Positions 1 through 12,571 of a stretch of 64,000 bases of DNA are shown piece after piece. The stretch lies in the sequence record NC_028927.1. The stretch is one strand, 5' to 3'. Positions within the stretch are counted from its first letter, which is position 1. Each line of letters begins with the position of its first letter. The DNA comes from Escherichia phage slur02. The notes under the pieces are model-generated. The model ran no database searches. It saw nothing but the letters and a program-made list of their open reading frames with translations, and had not been told where the DNA came from. Position numbers and translations under genes: made by a program.

Positions 1-8
1 GGAAAATA

Positions 9-36
9 AAAAAGGACTCCCGAAGGAGTCCTCAAC
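9..36 (-). terminator. rho-independent terminator hairpin (GGACTCC-CGAA-GGAGTCC) with T-run on minus strand
   Basis: Inverted repeat read directly at approx 13-30; A-run on + strand gives T-run on minus-strand RNA; just 3' of ORF 37..255; identical hairpin recurs at approx 54607-54624. Confidence 0.6.
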
Positions 37-255
37 TTATGCTTTCTGCTTACCAAAACGAGAAGCATCATCTCGAAGAACCGCACGTGCTCGGCGCATG
101 ATCTTCTCAACAGTTTGATTGATACGAGAGTTCGACCCACGCTTGTAACCAGCGCGTTTAGAATCACCAACTTTCTTTTCAACTGCTTTCTTTGCTTTAG
201 CTTGTTTTGCCATTATAAATTCTCTTTTAAATGAAAATGCAGGACTTATTGGCAT
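37..255 (-). CDS. small basic hypothetical protein (72 aa)
   Basis: ORF track; Lys/Arg-rich; SD-like AAGAG upstream; co-oriented with rIII; position of T4 30.x ORFs. Confidence 0.55.
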   Translation of the reverse strand: MPISPAFSFKREFIMAKQAKAKKAVEKKVGDSKRAGYKRGSNSRINQTVEKIMRRARAVLRDDASRFGKQKA

Positions 256-501
256 TGCCTGCGCAAGCCCTCAAAGGGGTACTTAGGTTTTGAATATTTA
301 CCGACAGGATAACCATAAACCTCGTCATCATACCACCAAGACTTACACAGATAACACTTTTCTGACGCATGATAGTAACATTCAAGAGGTACACCGTAAA
401 ACTGCCGGGGTCTTAAAACTATAATGATTTGCGAATCATTAATCAGACAGTTCGACGGCTCCTCGATTTAGCTCACACTAAGGCAGTGAATCTCCAATAA
501 A

Positions 502-750
502 TTACTTCAATGTTACCACAAAGTGACGAACTGCTTTTCGTGCAGCAGAAGCCAGAGGCTTAGCATACTTAAGTTCATCTTTTTCCTGAAGCTCAGCAGC
601 TAATGCAGTTTGAGCAGGATTCAGATGTTTGAAATAACGCAGGATTTCAAGAGCTTCGGCTTCAACATCAATAGATGCGCCATAGTTTTCGTGACCATTA
701 TTCCATGCGTTTCGTTGCAGTTCAAGAGCGTGTTGTAATTGTTTAATCAT
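502..750 (-). CDS. rIII: rIII lysis-inhibition accessory protein (82 aa)
   Basis: Length matches T4 RIII and sits next to gene 31; identification by synteny and size only. Confidence 0.65.
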   Translation of the reverse strand: MIKQLQHALELQRNAWNNGHENYGASIDVEAEALEILRYFKHLNPAQTALAAELQEKDELKYAKPLASAARKAVRHFVVTLK

Positions 751-876
751 TTAAAAATTCTCGTTAGAGATTAAAACTCGGTAGTCACGTTCTTCTGAAT
801 TTCATCTTCTTTCGACAGATCTCTCAGTTGTAGACTACCACATAGAATTGAAACTCAATTCATATTATTATTTATA

Positions 877-1212
877 TCACTTATAAAGACACGGAATAGC
901 TTTATAGTGACAGGTAACAAATTTTTGTTTAATTTCTTTTGGCTGCTTAAGACCCAGAGCTACAAAAGGATGCGGAACATTTCGAATTTGACCAACTGGG
1001 AGAGAAGTCAAATCACCAACTTCGCAGAAACCTTCAGGAACATCAGGACCGACAGAGTGAATTACACACAGTTCAGGAACTTCACCTTGAACACGTTTAC
1101 CGATAATAAGTCCTGATTCTGTAACTTCTTCATCACCGGCTTGTGCAGGTTCAGAAACTAAAATAACATATTCACCGACAGCACGAATTGGTAGCTGTTG
1201 TACTTCAGACAT
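877..1212 (-). CDS. 31: gp31 head-assembly co-chaperonin (GroES-like), 111 aa
   Basis: 111 aa as T4 gp31; sequence recalled as gp31-like; synteny rIII-31-cd. Confidence 0.85.
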   Translation of the reverse strand: MSEVQQLPIRAVGEYVILVSEPAQAGDEEVTESGLIIGKRVQGEVPELCVIHSVGPDVPEGFCEVGDLTSLPVGQIRNVPHPFVALGLKQPKEIKQKFVTCHYKAIPCLYK

Positions 1213-1268
1213 CGTTTTTCCTTTTTGTTAACAGATGAGTTAATAATAACAAATAATTCTTAAAGCAT

Positions 1269-1577
1269 TTATTTACCAATAAATTGAAGCAAATGCTCAA
1301 CTTTCATACCATTAACAGAAATCAATTTGTCAATAGAAAAACCTCGCCATGCACCGAGCTCAACATCAAATACTGGAATCATATCCGTAGATTCTTTCCG
1401 AGTAGATTCAGTCAATTTACCGGTTTGCATGGTTGGCATAAAGTCTGCATCACGAGTACCTTTCATAGTACGAATAGTACCATCAGACTTTTCAAAAACT
1501 ACGTTTGAAACACCCATGGACAGTTTAGTTTTCAAAATTTCACGAATTGCTACTTTCTGCTCAGTTGTCAGTTTCAT
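1269..1577 (-). CDS. hypothetical protein (102 aa)
   Basis: ORF track; co-oriented, tightly packed between 31 and cd. Confidence 0.55.
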   Translation of the reverse strand: MKLTTEQKVAIREILKTKLSMGVSNVVFEKSDGTIRTMKGTRDADFMPTMQTGKLTESTRKESTDMIPVFDVELGAWRGFSIDKLISVNGMKVEHLLQFIGK

Positions 1578-1814
1578 TTATTTACCTATCACAGTTTTAA
1601 TATGAGTTGTTCCACGTTCTTTAAGGGTGGAAAGTAATTTTTGGCATTTTTCTAAATCAGATTTCCAACTATATGGTCTATCAATACTAGTCCAATCAGT
1701 TTTATAATACTGTTTCCATTTAGAGAAAAAATACTTCTTATACTCTACAGCAAATGAAATGTTCTCGTTAGAATAAGAACTAATTGCTGTGAGCTGTACC
1801 AAACGAAATTTCAT
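1578..1814 (-). CDS. hypothetical protein (78 aa)
   Basis: ORF track; abuts neighbours without gap. Confidence 0.5.
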   Translation of the reverse strand: MKFRLVQLTAISSYSNENISFAVEYKKYFFSKWKQYYKTDWTSIDRPYSWKSDLEKCQKLLSTLKERGTTHIKTVIGK

Positions 1815-2395
1815 TATTCACCACAGAATTCGTTGATATTTTCCCAATTTAACTTATTCAAGTTTTTCTTAGGAACATTAAACACTTCAATACCTGCATT
1901 TCGCAGAATATCATCCCAGCCAGGTTTATTTTTATCGTATGTTTCACAATAAACCAGCTTTTTAATTCCAGATTGAGCTATCGCTTTTGCACAATCTGGG
2001 CAAGGAGAAAGTGTTACATACATAGTAGCACCTTCAATAGAAGAACCATTTCGTGCAGCAAACAAAATCGCATTTAGTTCAGCGTGAATTTCATTTTTAG
2101 ACGACCATTCAGAGTGAGCGCTACGGTGTTCTTTCGCCAAGACAAAACGATCAGTTGAACCAAACGATACGCATTCAGGCTTATGACCTTGAATGATAGT
2201 ATGTTTAGGCTTGTTCAACAACCAGCCTTGTTCAGCAGCATAATCACAGCAATTCACACCACCAGCAGGTGAACCATTATATCCGGTAGAAATAATACGT
2301 CCATTCTTTTCAATTACTGCTCCTACCTTCCAGGAGCAGCATTTTGATTCTTGCGATACTAAATATGCAATTTGAAGTACTGTACTCGCTTTCAT
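1814..2395 (-). CDS. cd: dCMP deaminase (193 aa)
   Basis: 193 aa; cytidine/dCMP deaminase zinc motifs HAE...PCxxC visible (HAELNAI, SPCPDCAK); T4 cd position. Confidence 0.9.
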   Translation of the reverse strand: MKASTVLQIAYLVSQESKCCSWKVGAVIEKNGRIISTGYNGSPAGGVNCCDYAAEQGWLLNKPKHTIIQGHKPECVSFGSTDRFVLAKEHRSAHSEWSSKNEIHAELNAILFAARNGSSIEGATMYVTLSPCPDCAKAIAQSGIKKLVYCETYDKNKPGWDDILRNAGIEVFNVPKKNLNKLNWENINEFCGE

Positions 2396-2730
2396 TTCAT
2401 AATCACCAGATAAGCAGATTTAGCAGTTTCTACACGATAAATTTCGTGACGAAGTTTAGTTATACTTTTAATAACAGAACTAATTATATTCTGCCCATCT
2501 TTAAAGCGGTTTTTCTTATCAATAAAAATTGCGCCAACCAGCTTTTTGTGAAGCTCAACTGGATACTTCGTCACAATAATAGCATCATACACAGAAGGAT
2601 GAATACTATTCACTAGAGTGTCATTCATTAAAGTTATTCTAATGAACTGTGCTGTTTCAGAGTCAAGCGCTCTATGATCGCCAGTATCATTTTCAAGACA
2701 ATTATCAATTATATCAGTTAAATTCATCAT
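2392..2730 (-). CDS. hypothetical protein (112 aa)
   Basis: ORF track; 4-nt overlap with cd start (coupled). Confidence 0.5.
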   Translation of the reverse strand: MMNLTDIIDNCLENDTGDHRALDSETAQFIRITLMNDTLVNSIHPSVYDAIIVTKYPVELHKKLVGAIFIDKKNRFKDGQNIISSVIKSITKLRHEIYRVETAKSAYLVIMK

Positions 2731-2963
2731 AGTACGCCATACACCCTTTGTGCTTCAACTAATCCATCAAAATCCAATTTGAGATGTGTTATTTGATCAC
2801 CATCACCTGGATTCACAATTACTAATACTGAACGAGGAGTTTCGGTAATAACGCGAACCGATGTTTCTGGAAATCGTTCAGAAACCTTATTTACCAATTC
2901 CTGAGCAAATAGTTTAACTTTTTCTTGGAATTCTTTAACAGTAATTGGTTTTTCACTTAGCAT
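2727..2963 (-). CDS. hypothetical protein (78 aa)
   Basis: ORF track; overlapping stop/start with neighbours. Confidence 0.5.
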   Translation of the reverse strand: MLSEKPITVKEFQEKVKLFAQELVNKVSERFPETSVRVITETPRSVLVIVNPGDGDQITHLKLDFDGLVEAQRVYGVL

Positions 2964-3502
2964 GTTGATCCCAGCTCCTTACTTTCAACGTTTTTAACTA
3001 ATTTGACAGAAACTAATTCGGCATCTTGGGTAATCATTACCGGGCCTTCTTCATACTCTTCAAGATATTCTAGAGCTTTCTTTTTAGCTTCTTCCTTCGT
3101 ATCAGTTTGAGCATAGATATAAAACATGCAACCACCAGTAATACCTACTACTTTCCACTTAATTTCTTTATCAGTTTTAATTTCAAATTTACTGACAGAA
3201 TCATCTTTTTGAACTTCTTCGAAAAAATAATATTCTGACATATAAGTAATTGAAAATAGCGGGCTATCTTTATAGCATTCGCCCATTACATCAACAGCTT
3301 TATACCAGCAGTCATCAATTTCGCGTTTAATGCTAATAACATTCTTCGCGGGATCAATTTTTACTTTAAATGAATTTTCATCAATAAACTGGGCAATTCG
3401 TTTATTAGCCCCACAAGTTTCATTAAAAATATCTTTATATCCAGCTTTAAAGCGATAAACCTTATCTTCTTCAAACCATTCGCTCATTTTCAATTTCCTC
3501 AT
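2957..3502 (-). CDS. hypothetical protein (181 aa)
   Basis: ORF track; early promoter immediately upstream. Confidence 0.55.
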   Translation of the reverse strand: MRKLKMSEWFEEDKVYRFKAGYKDIFNETCGANKRIAQFIDENSFKVKIDPAKNVISIKREIDDCWYKAVDVMGECYKDSPLFSITYMSEYYFFEEVQKDDSVSKFEIKTDKEIKWKVVGITGGCMFYIYAQTDTKEEAKKKALEYLEEYEEGPVMITQDAELVSVKLVKNVESKELGSTC

Positions 3503-3517
3503 TTGTTTGGTAGAGCT

Positions 3518-3548
3518 ATAATATCACAACTCTACCGTAAAGTAAACT
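3518..3548 (-). promoter_or_regulatory. T4-type early promoter (GTTTAC-N18-TATTAT)
   Basis: Minus-strand reading acaGTTTACtttacggtagagttgtgaTATTATag seen directly (approx coords). Confidence 0.5.
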
Positions 3549-3549
3549 G

Positions 3550-3825
3550 TTAAATTGCTTTGAATTCTGATGTCTGTGATTCAAAGCGAATATCGCCTTT
3601 GATGACTAGCTCAGCATCAAGACCAAATACGACAATGATATGCGCAGAACCTGGATACAGCGTAATGGCAATAGAATCCACCTGGTCTGGAAGCAAAGTG
3701 TTCAATACATGAGTCACTTGAGCATGAATTCGAAGCTCGGCTGCGTTATCAAGCTTTTCAAACATATTATTAGCGATAATTTGGCTAAAAACTACTTCTA
3801 CGATTTTAGAATAAGTCGGAAACAT
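3550..3825 (-). CDS. hypothetical protein (91 aa)
   Basis: ORF track; co-oriented. Confidence 0.5.
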   Translation of the reverse strand: MFPTYSKIVEVVFSQIIANNMFEKLDNAAELRIHAQVTHVLNTLLPDQVDSIAITLYPGSAHIIVVFGLDAELVIKGDIRFESQTSEFKAI

Positions 3826-3827
3826 AT

Positions 3828-4020
3828 TTACCTCACATAATTTTCTTCAAGCCAATCAATAACATCCAACGCATTATCAAAAGTTGAACCATCTACTTTT
3901 TCTTCTGTTTCATAATCAAGAACATCTAAGCCTAATCTTCCGTTAACAATAGGCCATAAACAAAATAGATATTTCTTTTCTTTTTCAATTTTATCACAAA
4001 GACGATAAATCTTTTCTAGA

Positions 4021-4028
<8 letters not shown>
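3828..4028 (-). CDS. hypothetical protein (66 aa)
   Basis: ORF track; tight packing. Confidence 0.45.
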
Positions 4029-5443
<1,415 letters not shown>

Positions 5444-5677
5444 TTATTTTTTCTCAACCAATGATTGAATATAATCATGCAGGTCTTTAGATGCTTTACC
5501 CCACTTATTTTGATATTCATTTTTGAGATTAGCGCGTGATTGAGCTAATAAAACATCATTAGTTGGAGGTAAAGATTCTAATCGCTGAATCTGGCGTCCA
5601 TAAATCATTGCAGCCATCTCGGATTCATAAATCAATCCTTTAAGATGTTCAAATTGATGCCATGAAATCATTTGCAT
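5444..5677 (-). CDS. hypothetical protein (77 aa)
   Basis: ORF track. Confidence 0.45.
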   Translation of the reverse strand: MQMISWHQFEHLKGLIYESEMAAMIYGRQIQRLESLPPTNDVLLAQSRANLKNEYQNKWGKASKDLHDYIQSLVEKK

Positions 5678-5967
5678 TTATCCTCTTTTAACTCTTGACG
5701 ATAATAACATATCATAGTTTTCTGGTCATGTACATATCGTTTTACATCATTAAGCCAAATACGAAATTCCTGGGAATCTTCAAATGGCATACCGACCCAA
5801 GCTTTACCATCAATAACTTTAACTTGCCAAGATAGTTTAGCTTCATCATATGACTTTATCTGCACAGGCCAATTAGGATGAACTGTTTCTTTCTTTACTT
5901 CTAGAGGCTTTGTCGAACAACCAACTAGAAGACCAATAGATAATATTACTGCTGATAGTCTAATCAT
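5668..5967 (-). CDS. putative lipoprotein (99 aa)
   Basis: N-terminal signal peptide with lipobox LLVGCS seen in translation. Confidence 0.55.
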   Translation of the reverse strand: MIRLSAVILSIGLLVGCSTKPLEVKKETVHPNWPVQIKSYDEAKLSWQVKVIDGKAWVGMPFEDSQEFRIWLNDVKRYVHDQKTMICYYRQELKEDKCK

Positions 5968-6317
5968 TTAGAAAGGTCCTGGATGTCTTCTACGAACTTG
6001 TTGAAGGAGTTATTGATTTGTTTTTCAACCAATCCTGGCTTATGAGCCACCACATCCGCCTTCTTTGCGTCTTTGCGCAGTTTTTCATTTTCACGCTCAA
6101 TAGCAGCAATTGCCTCACGATTTTTATTATTCATCGCATCAATATAATTATACTGAATTCGCAAATTATTTAATGCTAAAGCGTTTTCATTGGCCGTTTT
6201 TGTAATTTCTACAACAGACGTTTCTAATCTTTCAATTTTGTTTTTTAAAATTAAAGAAGTTCCGCCCAATGCAATTACAATTAATAGCAAGCCTGTTGTC
6301 ATATTACTTAATTGCAT
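5964..6317 (-). CDS. hypothetical membrane-anchored protein (117 aa)
   Basis: N-terminal hydrophobic helix followed by charged, coiled-coil-like sequence. Confidence 0.5.
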   Translation of the reverse strand: MQLSNMTTGLLLIVIALGGTSLILKNKIERLETSVVEITKTANENALALNNLRIQYNYIDAMNNKNREAIAAIERENEKLRKDAKKADVVAHKPGLVEKQINNSFNKFVEDIQDLSK

Positions 6318-6814
6318 AAAGTTTTAATAACCTCTATAATATCGTCTTGAGAAAGACCATTAATTAAAATATGATGTTCAGCCGGAGATTTAGAAATTTT
6401 AAAGCATGCCTCAACATCTTCTGCCATATCCGATGCGCTACGATTTGGATTACTAATTCCAAGACGATGTTTTCCCGTTAAAGGATTAACGATGATATAG
6501 CATTTACAGCTATTGATATGAACATTAGGTTGAGTCTGATTAATGAACACTTCACAATCATACTTAGCGAGTTGATTTTCTAAAAAGACTTTCATCTCTT
6601 CAACCGCATCAGGAAGCATATCACGGGCTTGCTCAAGACGACGATTTCGATATTCTTTAATGGTCGTTTTCCGCTTGACTTGCTTAGCTAAATCTTTCTT
6701 AAGATCGGTGATATATCCAACTCGACGATTTCCTTTAAATACAGAAATCCCATCTGTAGTATCACCGTATGCTTCAACGACCATTTCAGTAGTAATAAGC
6801 TGCAAATCCATCAT
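6308..6814 (-). CDS. alc: probable Alc (host transcription terminator on dC-DNA), 168 aa ORF
   Basis: Size and position (between pseT region and rnlA) match T4 alc; no motif confirmation. Confidence 0.5.
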   Translation of the reverse strand: MMDLQLITTEMVVEAYGDTTDGISVFKGNRRVGYITDLKKDLAKQVKRKTTIKEYRNRRLEQARDMLPDAVEEMKVFLENQLAKYDCEVFINQTQPNVHINSCKCYIIVNPLTGKHRLGISNPNRSASDMAEDVEACFKISKSPAEHHILINGLSQDDIIEVIKTLCN

Positions 6815-6842
6815 AAAGTCCTCATGTTATGTCAGTAAGATT

Positions 6843-6872
6843 ACTATAACACAACACGAGGGACTTGTAAAC
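6843..6872 (-). promoter_or_regulatory. T4-type early promoter (GTTTAC-N18-TATAGT)
   Basis: Minus-strand GTTTACaagtccctcgtgttgtgtTATAGT in the rnlA-alc gap (approx coords). Confidence 0.5.
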
Positions 6873-6875
6873 AGC

Positions 6876-8463
<1,588 letters not shown>

Positions 8464-8470
8464 AATAAAA

Positions 8471-8486
8471 TGGGCCTTGCGGCCCA
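8471..8486 (-). other. GC hairpin (TGGGCC-GCAA-GGCCCA) between nrdB stop and denA start
   Basis: Perfect 6 bp stem with tetraloop read directly; U-rich 3' flank on minus-strand RNA; lies within about 10 nt of the denA ATG. Confidence 0.5.
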
Positions 8487-8490
8487 CTCC

Positions 8491-9669
8491 TTAAAAATAT
8501 TTTTTAAAACTCATCATAACTTTATCATCAACGTCATTATCAATCTGTGCTACAAGATAAGATGACAGTTCTACTTCTTGCGGCGCGGATTGAACATTAT
8601 CAGAATTAAGATATTCACGAATCCAAGGATATGGATGTTTAACCGGAGCATCGGTAATTGGGCATGGAAGACCACACTGTTTCATACGAGATACAGTTAA
8701 GTAATCAATAAAGCTCCACATGCTATTTGTATTTAATCCAGGAACATCGCCATCTTTAAATAAATGAACTGCCCAATCTTTTTCTTGGCGGTTAACTTCC
8801 ATGAAAATATCAACTGCTTCTTGTTCACACTCTTTGGCAATTTTAACCCATTCATCACCATCCGTGCCAAGTTGAAGTTGACGAATAATATATTGTGTAC
8901 CTTTAAGATGAAGCTGCTCATCACGTGCAATGAACTTCATAATCTTGGCATTACCTTCCATGATTTCCATGTTCTTATGGAAGTTAAAGGTACATGCGAA
9001 AGATACATAAAAACGAATAGCTTCCAATGCGTTGATTACGTGTAGGCAGAGGTAAAGAGAGCGCATTAGTTCACGTTTCCAATACATTTCATGCTCTATG
9101 GCATCTTTAATATCATCTTCGTCTGCATTAATTTCTTTTTGGTATTCGATATCAGCTTTAGCGTTTTCCCAATAACGAGTTTTAATCAGAACATCATCAT
9201 AATAACGTCCAATGGATTCAGCACGTTTCATAATAGCTTCATCTAATACAATTTCATCAAATACCTTCGATGGATCAGTATAAAGATTTCGCATGATATG
9301 TGTATATGAACGACTGTGAATAGTTTCACTAAAAGTCCATGTAGCAACCCATGTATCAAGACTTGGGTCTGAAATTAACGACATAAGTACAGCAGATGGT
9401 GCACGACCCTGAATGCTATCCAAAAGTGATTGATACTTCAGGTTATTAGTAAAAATATCTTGCTGATATTGAGGAAGCTTGTTAAATTGCGCAGCATCCA
9501 TCATTAAGTTTACTTCTTCGGGACGCCAAAAAAATGATAAAGATTTCTCAATAAGTTCTTCAAATACTCTATGTCGTTGAATATCATATCGAGCTAAACC
9601 CAATCCAGAACCAAAAAACATCGGCTCAGTCAAAATATTAACAGGGGATGTATTAAAAACTGTACTCAT
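8491..9669 (-). CDS. nrdB: ribonucleotide reductase small subunit (NrdB)
   Basis: 392 aa continuous ORF (no intron) in the denA-nrdB-nrdA arrangement of T4. Confidence 0.95.
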   Translation of the reverse strand: MSTVFNTSPVNILTEPMFFGSGLGLARYDIQRHRVFEELIEKSLSFFWRPEEVNLMMDAAQFNKLPQYQQDIFTNNLKYQSLLDSIQGRAPSAVLMSLISDPSLDTWVATWTFSETIHSRSYTHIMRNLYTDPSKVFDEIVLDEAIMKRAESIGRYYDDVLIKTRYWENAKADIEYQKEINADEDDIKDAIEHEMYWKRELMRSLYLCLHVINALEAIRFYVSFACTFNFHKNMEIMEGNAKIMKFIARDEQLHLKGTQYIIRQLQLGTDGDEWVKIAKECEQEAVDIFMEVNRQEKDWAVHLFKDGDVPGLNTNSMWSFIDYLTVSRMKQCGLPCPITDAPVKHPYPWIREYLNSDNVQSAPQEVELSSYLVAQIDNDVDDKVMMSFKKYF

Positions 9670-10307
9670 TTAGAATCCTTAAATTTACATTTATCATAAT
9701 GCCATCTTAAAGCATTGCCTTTATTAACTTTCTTGCCACAATGCGGACAAGGCGGATACTCTGTACCTTGCTTAGTTCTCAAAGAAATCAAATCACGGGT
9801 TTCTTTAGTATGAGGAACATCTCTTGTCGGAGAGATTGTACCATACATCGGATTAAGCACGCCGACTTTAGCAGCAGCTATATTCTTTTTAGCTTCTTCG
9901 GTTTTAGGTTTTCTCATGCGAGCTAAATGCTCTTTGGTAAATTTCCTTCCTTTAAGGGCTCTACTTATCTTTTCTCTGGTTTCCATAGAAACTTCACGTC
10001 CTGTAGCAGCTTCAGATAAACGTCGTCTACCTAATTCGTACAGTTGAGAAGAAATTTTATATGAGCGATTTTTACCAGTCAAGCACATTAAACCAAAAGC
10101 TTTCTTTAATCCTGGGGTGTCATATATTTTACATAAAAGCCAATGAGCTATAAAATGCTCTCTACCTGTTAATTCAACTAAATTTTCTTTATCATCAGAA
10201 CCTCCCATACATCTAGGGATTATATGATGTGTCTCTTTATATTCAGATAAAGGTTCCCGAGCCTGAGCTCGGGAAATTAGGTCATTATAGATTTTTTGAT
10301 AATTCAT
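9666..10307 (-). CDS. mobE: HNH endonuclease, freestanding homing-endonuclease-like (mobE-like), 213 aa
   Basis: HNH motif HHIIPRCMGGSDDKENLVELTGREHFIAHW; wedged between nrdA and nrdB with overlapping boundaries as for T4 mobE. Confidence 0.75.
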   Translation of the reverse strand: MNYQKIYNDLISRAQAREPLSEYKETHHIIPRCMGGSDDKENLVELTGREHFIAHWLLCKIYDTPGLKKAFGLMCLTGKNRSYKISSQLYELGRRRLSEAATGREVSMETREKISRALKGRKFTKEHLARMRKPKTEEAKKNIAAAKVGVLNPMYGTISPTRDVPHTKETRDLISLRTKQGTEYPPCPHCGKKVNKGNALRWHYDKCKFKDSK

Positions 10308-12571
10308 TACAATTTACACGCTGCACAATCTTCAGCTTTTGGAGTTTCTATTTCATAATCATCAGTACCAGAACCATCGCGGGTATTATGATAATAGAAA
10401 TTTTTTCCGCCAAAATACCAAAAATACAAAAGGTCATCAATCATTATTGACATTGGAACCTTGCCTTTAGGGAAGATTTGGGGGTCATAGTATGTATTCG
10501 CCGAAGCTGATTGACAAACCCATTTCAGCATAATAGCTACCTGCGTAAGATAAGGTTTATTACCTTTCTTAGCTAATTTCCATGTATAGTCGTAAAGGTC
10601 TATGTTATGCTCAATATTGGGCACGACTTGATTAAAGGAGCCCTCTTTTGATTCTTTAACAGAGACTGGTCCACGTGGAGGCTCGATACCGTTTGTACTG
10701 TTAGAAACTTGGGAAGATGACTCACATGGCATAAGTGCTGATAATGTGCTATTACGGATGCCAAAGAGCTTAAGGTCTTCCCGCAGCGACGACCAGTCAC
10801 AAACGTATTTTGGAGCTGCGATTTGGTCAATCTTTTTATTGTACCAGTCGATAGGTAATTCGCCTCGAGACCAACGAGTGTCTGAATAATATTCGCAAGG
10901 TCCTTTTTCTTTGGCGAGCTTAATGGATGCTTTAATGAGTCCATACTGTAATCTCTCAAATAGTTCATGTGTTAAATCGTTAGCATCTTCATAAGAAGCA
11001 AAGTTACTTGCCAGCCAAGCTGCATAGTTAGTAACACCTACACCAAGGTTTCGACGCTTTTTAGCTTTTTCTGCTTCAGGAACTGGATATCCTTGGTAAT
11101 CCAAAAGATTATCAAGAGCACGAACTTGAACTTCTGCTAATTCATTAATTTTATCTTGGTCTTGCCAATCGAAGTTATCCAGCACAAATGCAGATAACGT
11201 GCACAATCCAATTTCAGCATCAGGGCTATTCACATCATTTGTTGGAATAGCAATTTCACAGCACAAGTTACTCTGACGAATAGGTGCCTTTTCACGAATA
11301 AACGGAGTATAGTTATTCGTATTATCAATGAACTGCACATAAATCCTTGCTGTTCCTGAGCGTTCAGTCATGAGCAATTCAAATAGTTCACGGGCTTTAA
11401 TACGCTTTTTGCGAATATTAGGGTCTTTTTCTGCTGCTTCGTATAATTCACGGAAACGGTCTTGGTCTTTAAAATAAGAATAATAAAGCTCGCCACCCAT
11501 TTCATGCGGACTGAACAAAGTAATGTAGTCGTTCTTTCCAAAACGTTCCATCATTAGATCATTCAGTTGAACACCATAATCCATATGACGAATGCGGTTT
11601 TCTTCTACACCTTTGTTATTTTTCAAAACAAGAAGATTTTCAACTTCCAAATGCCAAATAGGATAATAAGCAGTAGCAGCGCCGCCACGAATTCCACCTT
11701 GTGAGCATGATTTAACAGCAGTCTGAAAATGTTTCCAAAAAGGAATAACACCAGTATGGCGTACTTCACCCATGCCAATCTTAGAACCTTCGGCACGAAT
11801 CATACCAACGTTAATACCAATTCCAGCACGTTTGGAGATATATTCAACAATTGAAGCGGAAGCCTTATTGATAGACTTTAATGAATCACCTGCCTCAATA
11901 ACAACACATGAACTAAACTGTCGAGTCGGAGTACGACAACCAGCCATAATAGGAGTTGGTAATGAAATCTGTCGAGTAGATACTGCTTCATAAAAACGGA
12001 TAACGTGTTTTAATCTATCAACAGGTTCATCTTGATGCAGTGCCATTCCAATAGTCATAAATGCAAACTGTGGAGTTTCATAAATTTGACCAGTGGTTTT
12101 ATCTTTAACTAAATATTTTTCTTTTAATTGCATCGCCCCGGAATAAGTAAATTCCATATCCCGCTCGTGCTTAATTTTTGATTCTAAAAATGTAATTTCT
12201 TCTGCTGAATATTTTGACAATAATTCAGGGTCATATTTACCTGCATTTACACAATAAGAAATATGGTCAATAAATGAACGTGGTTCATACTGCCCATAAA
12301 CATGCTTACGAAGAGCAAACATTAAACAGCGTGCAGCTACATATTGATAATCAGGCTCTTCAACCGAAATAGAATTCGCAGCAGCCTTAATGACAATAGT
12401 CTGAATATCATCAGTTGTCATTCCATCACGGAGATAAGATTTAATATTTTCATATAATTCATAAGGATCTACTGATGTTCCTTCAGCTGCCCAAGATAAA
12501 ACTTTAATAATTTTTTGTGGGTCAAAGCTCTGAGAAACACCACTACTTTTGATAACATTAATTAATTGCAT
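10307..12571 (-). CDS. nrdA: ribonucleotide reductase large subunit (NrdA), 754 aa
   Basis: 754 aa as T4 NrdA; class I RNR large-subunit sequence; synteny. Confidence 0.95.
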   Translation of the reverse strand: MQLINVIKSSGVSQSFDPQKIIKVLSWAAEGTSVDPYELYENIKSYLRDGMTTDDIQTIVIKAAANSISVEEPDYQYVAARCLMFALRKHVYGQYEPRSFIDHISYCVNAGKYDPELLSKYSAEEITFLESKIKHERDMEFTYSGAMQLKEKYLVKDKTTGQIYETPQFAFMTIGMALHQDEPVDRLKHVIRFYEAVSTRQISLPTPIMAGCRTPTRQFSSCVVIEAGDSLKSINKASASIVEYISKRAGIGINVGMIRAEGSKIGMGEVRHTGVIPFWKHFQTAVKSCSQGGIRGGAATAYYPIWHLEVENLLVLKNNKGVEENRIRHMDYGVQLNDLMMERFGKNDYITLFSPHEMGGELYYSYFKDQDRFRELYEAAEKDPNIRKKRIKARELFELLMTERSGTARIYVQFIDNTNNYTPFIREKAPIRQSNLCCEIAIPTNDVNSPDAEIGLCTLSAFVLDNFDWQDQDKINELAEVQVRALDNLLDYQGYPVPEAEKAKKRRNLGVGVTNYAAWLASNFASYEDANDLTHELFERLQYGLIKASIKLAKEKGPCEYYSDTRWSRGELPIDWYNKKIDQIAAPKYVCDWSSLREDLKLFGIRNSTLSALMPCESSSQVSNSTNGIEPPRGPVSVKESKEGSFNQVVPNIEHNIDLYDYTWKLAKKGNKPYLTQVAIMLKWVCQSASANTYYDPQIFPKGKVPMSIMIDDLLYFWYFGGKNFYYHNTRDGSGTDDYEIETPKAEDCAACKL

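Noticed and set aside
907-1116. Plus-strand ORFs antisense to well-supported minus-strand genes (this one and e.g. 1284..1508, 1327..1605, 4618..4995, 6660..7088, 16932..17411, 39096..39458, 56617..56904)
   Set aside because: They lie wholly inside strongly supported genes on the opposite strand, several begin with non-ATG codons, and they have low-complexity composition; treated as chance ORFs in AT-rich DNA.
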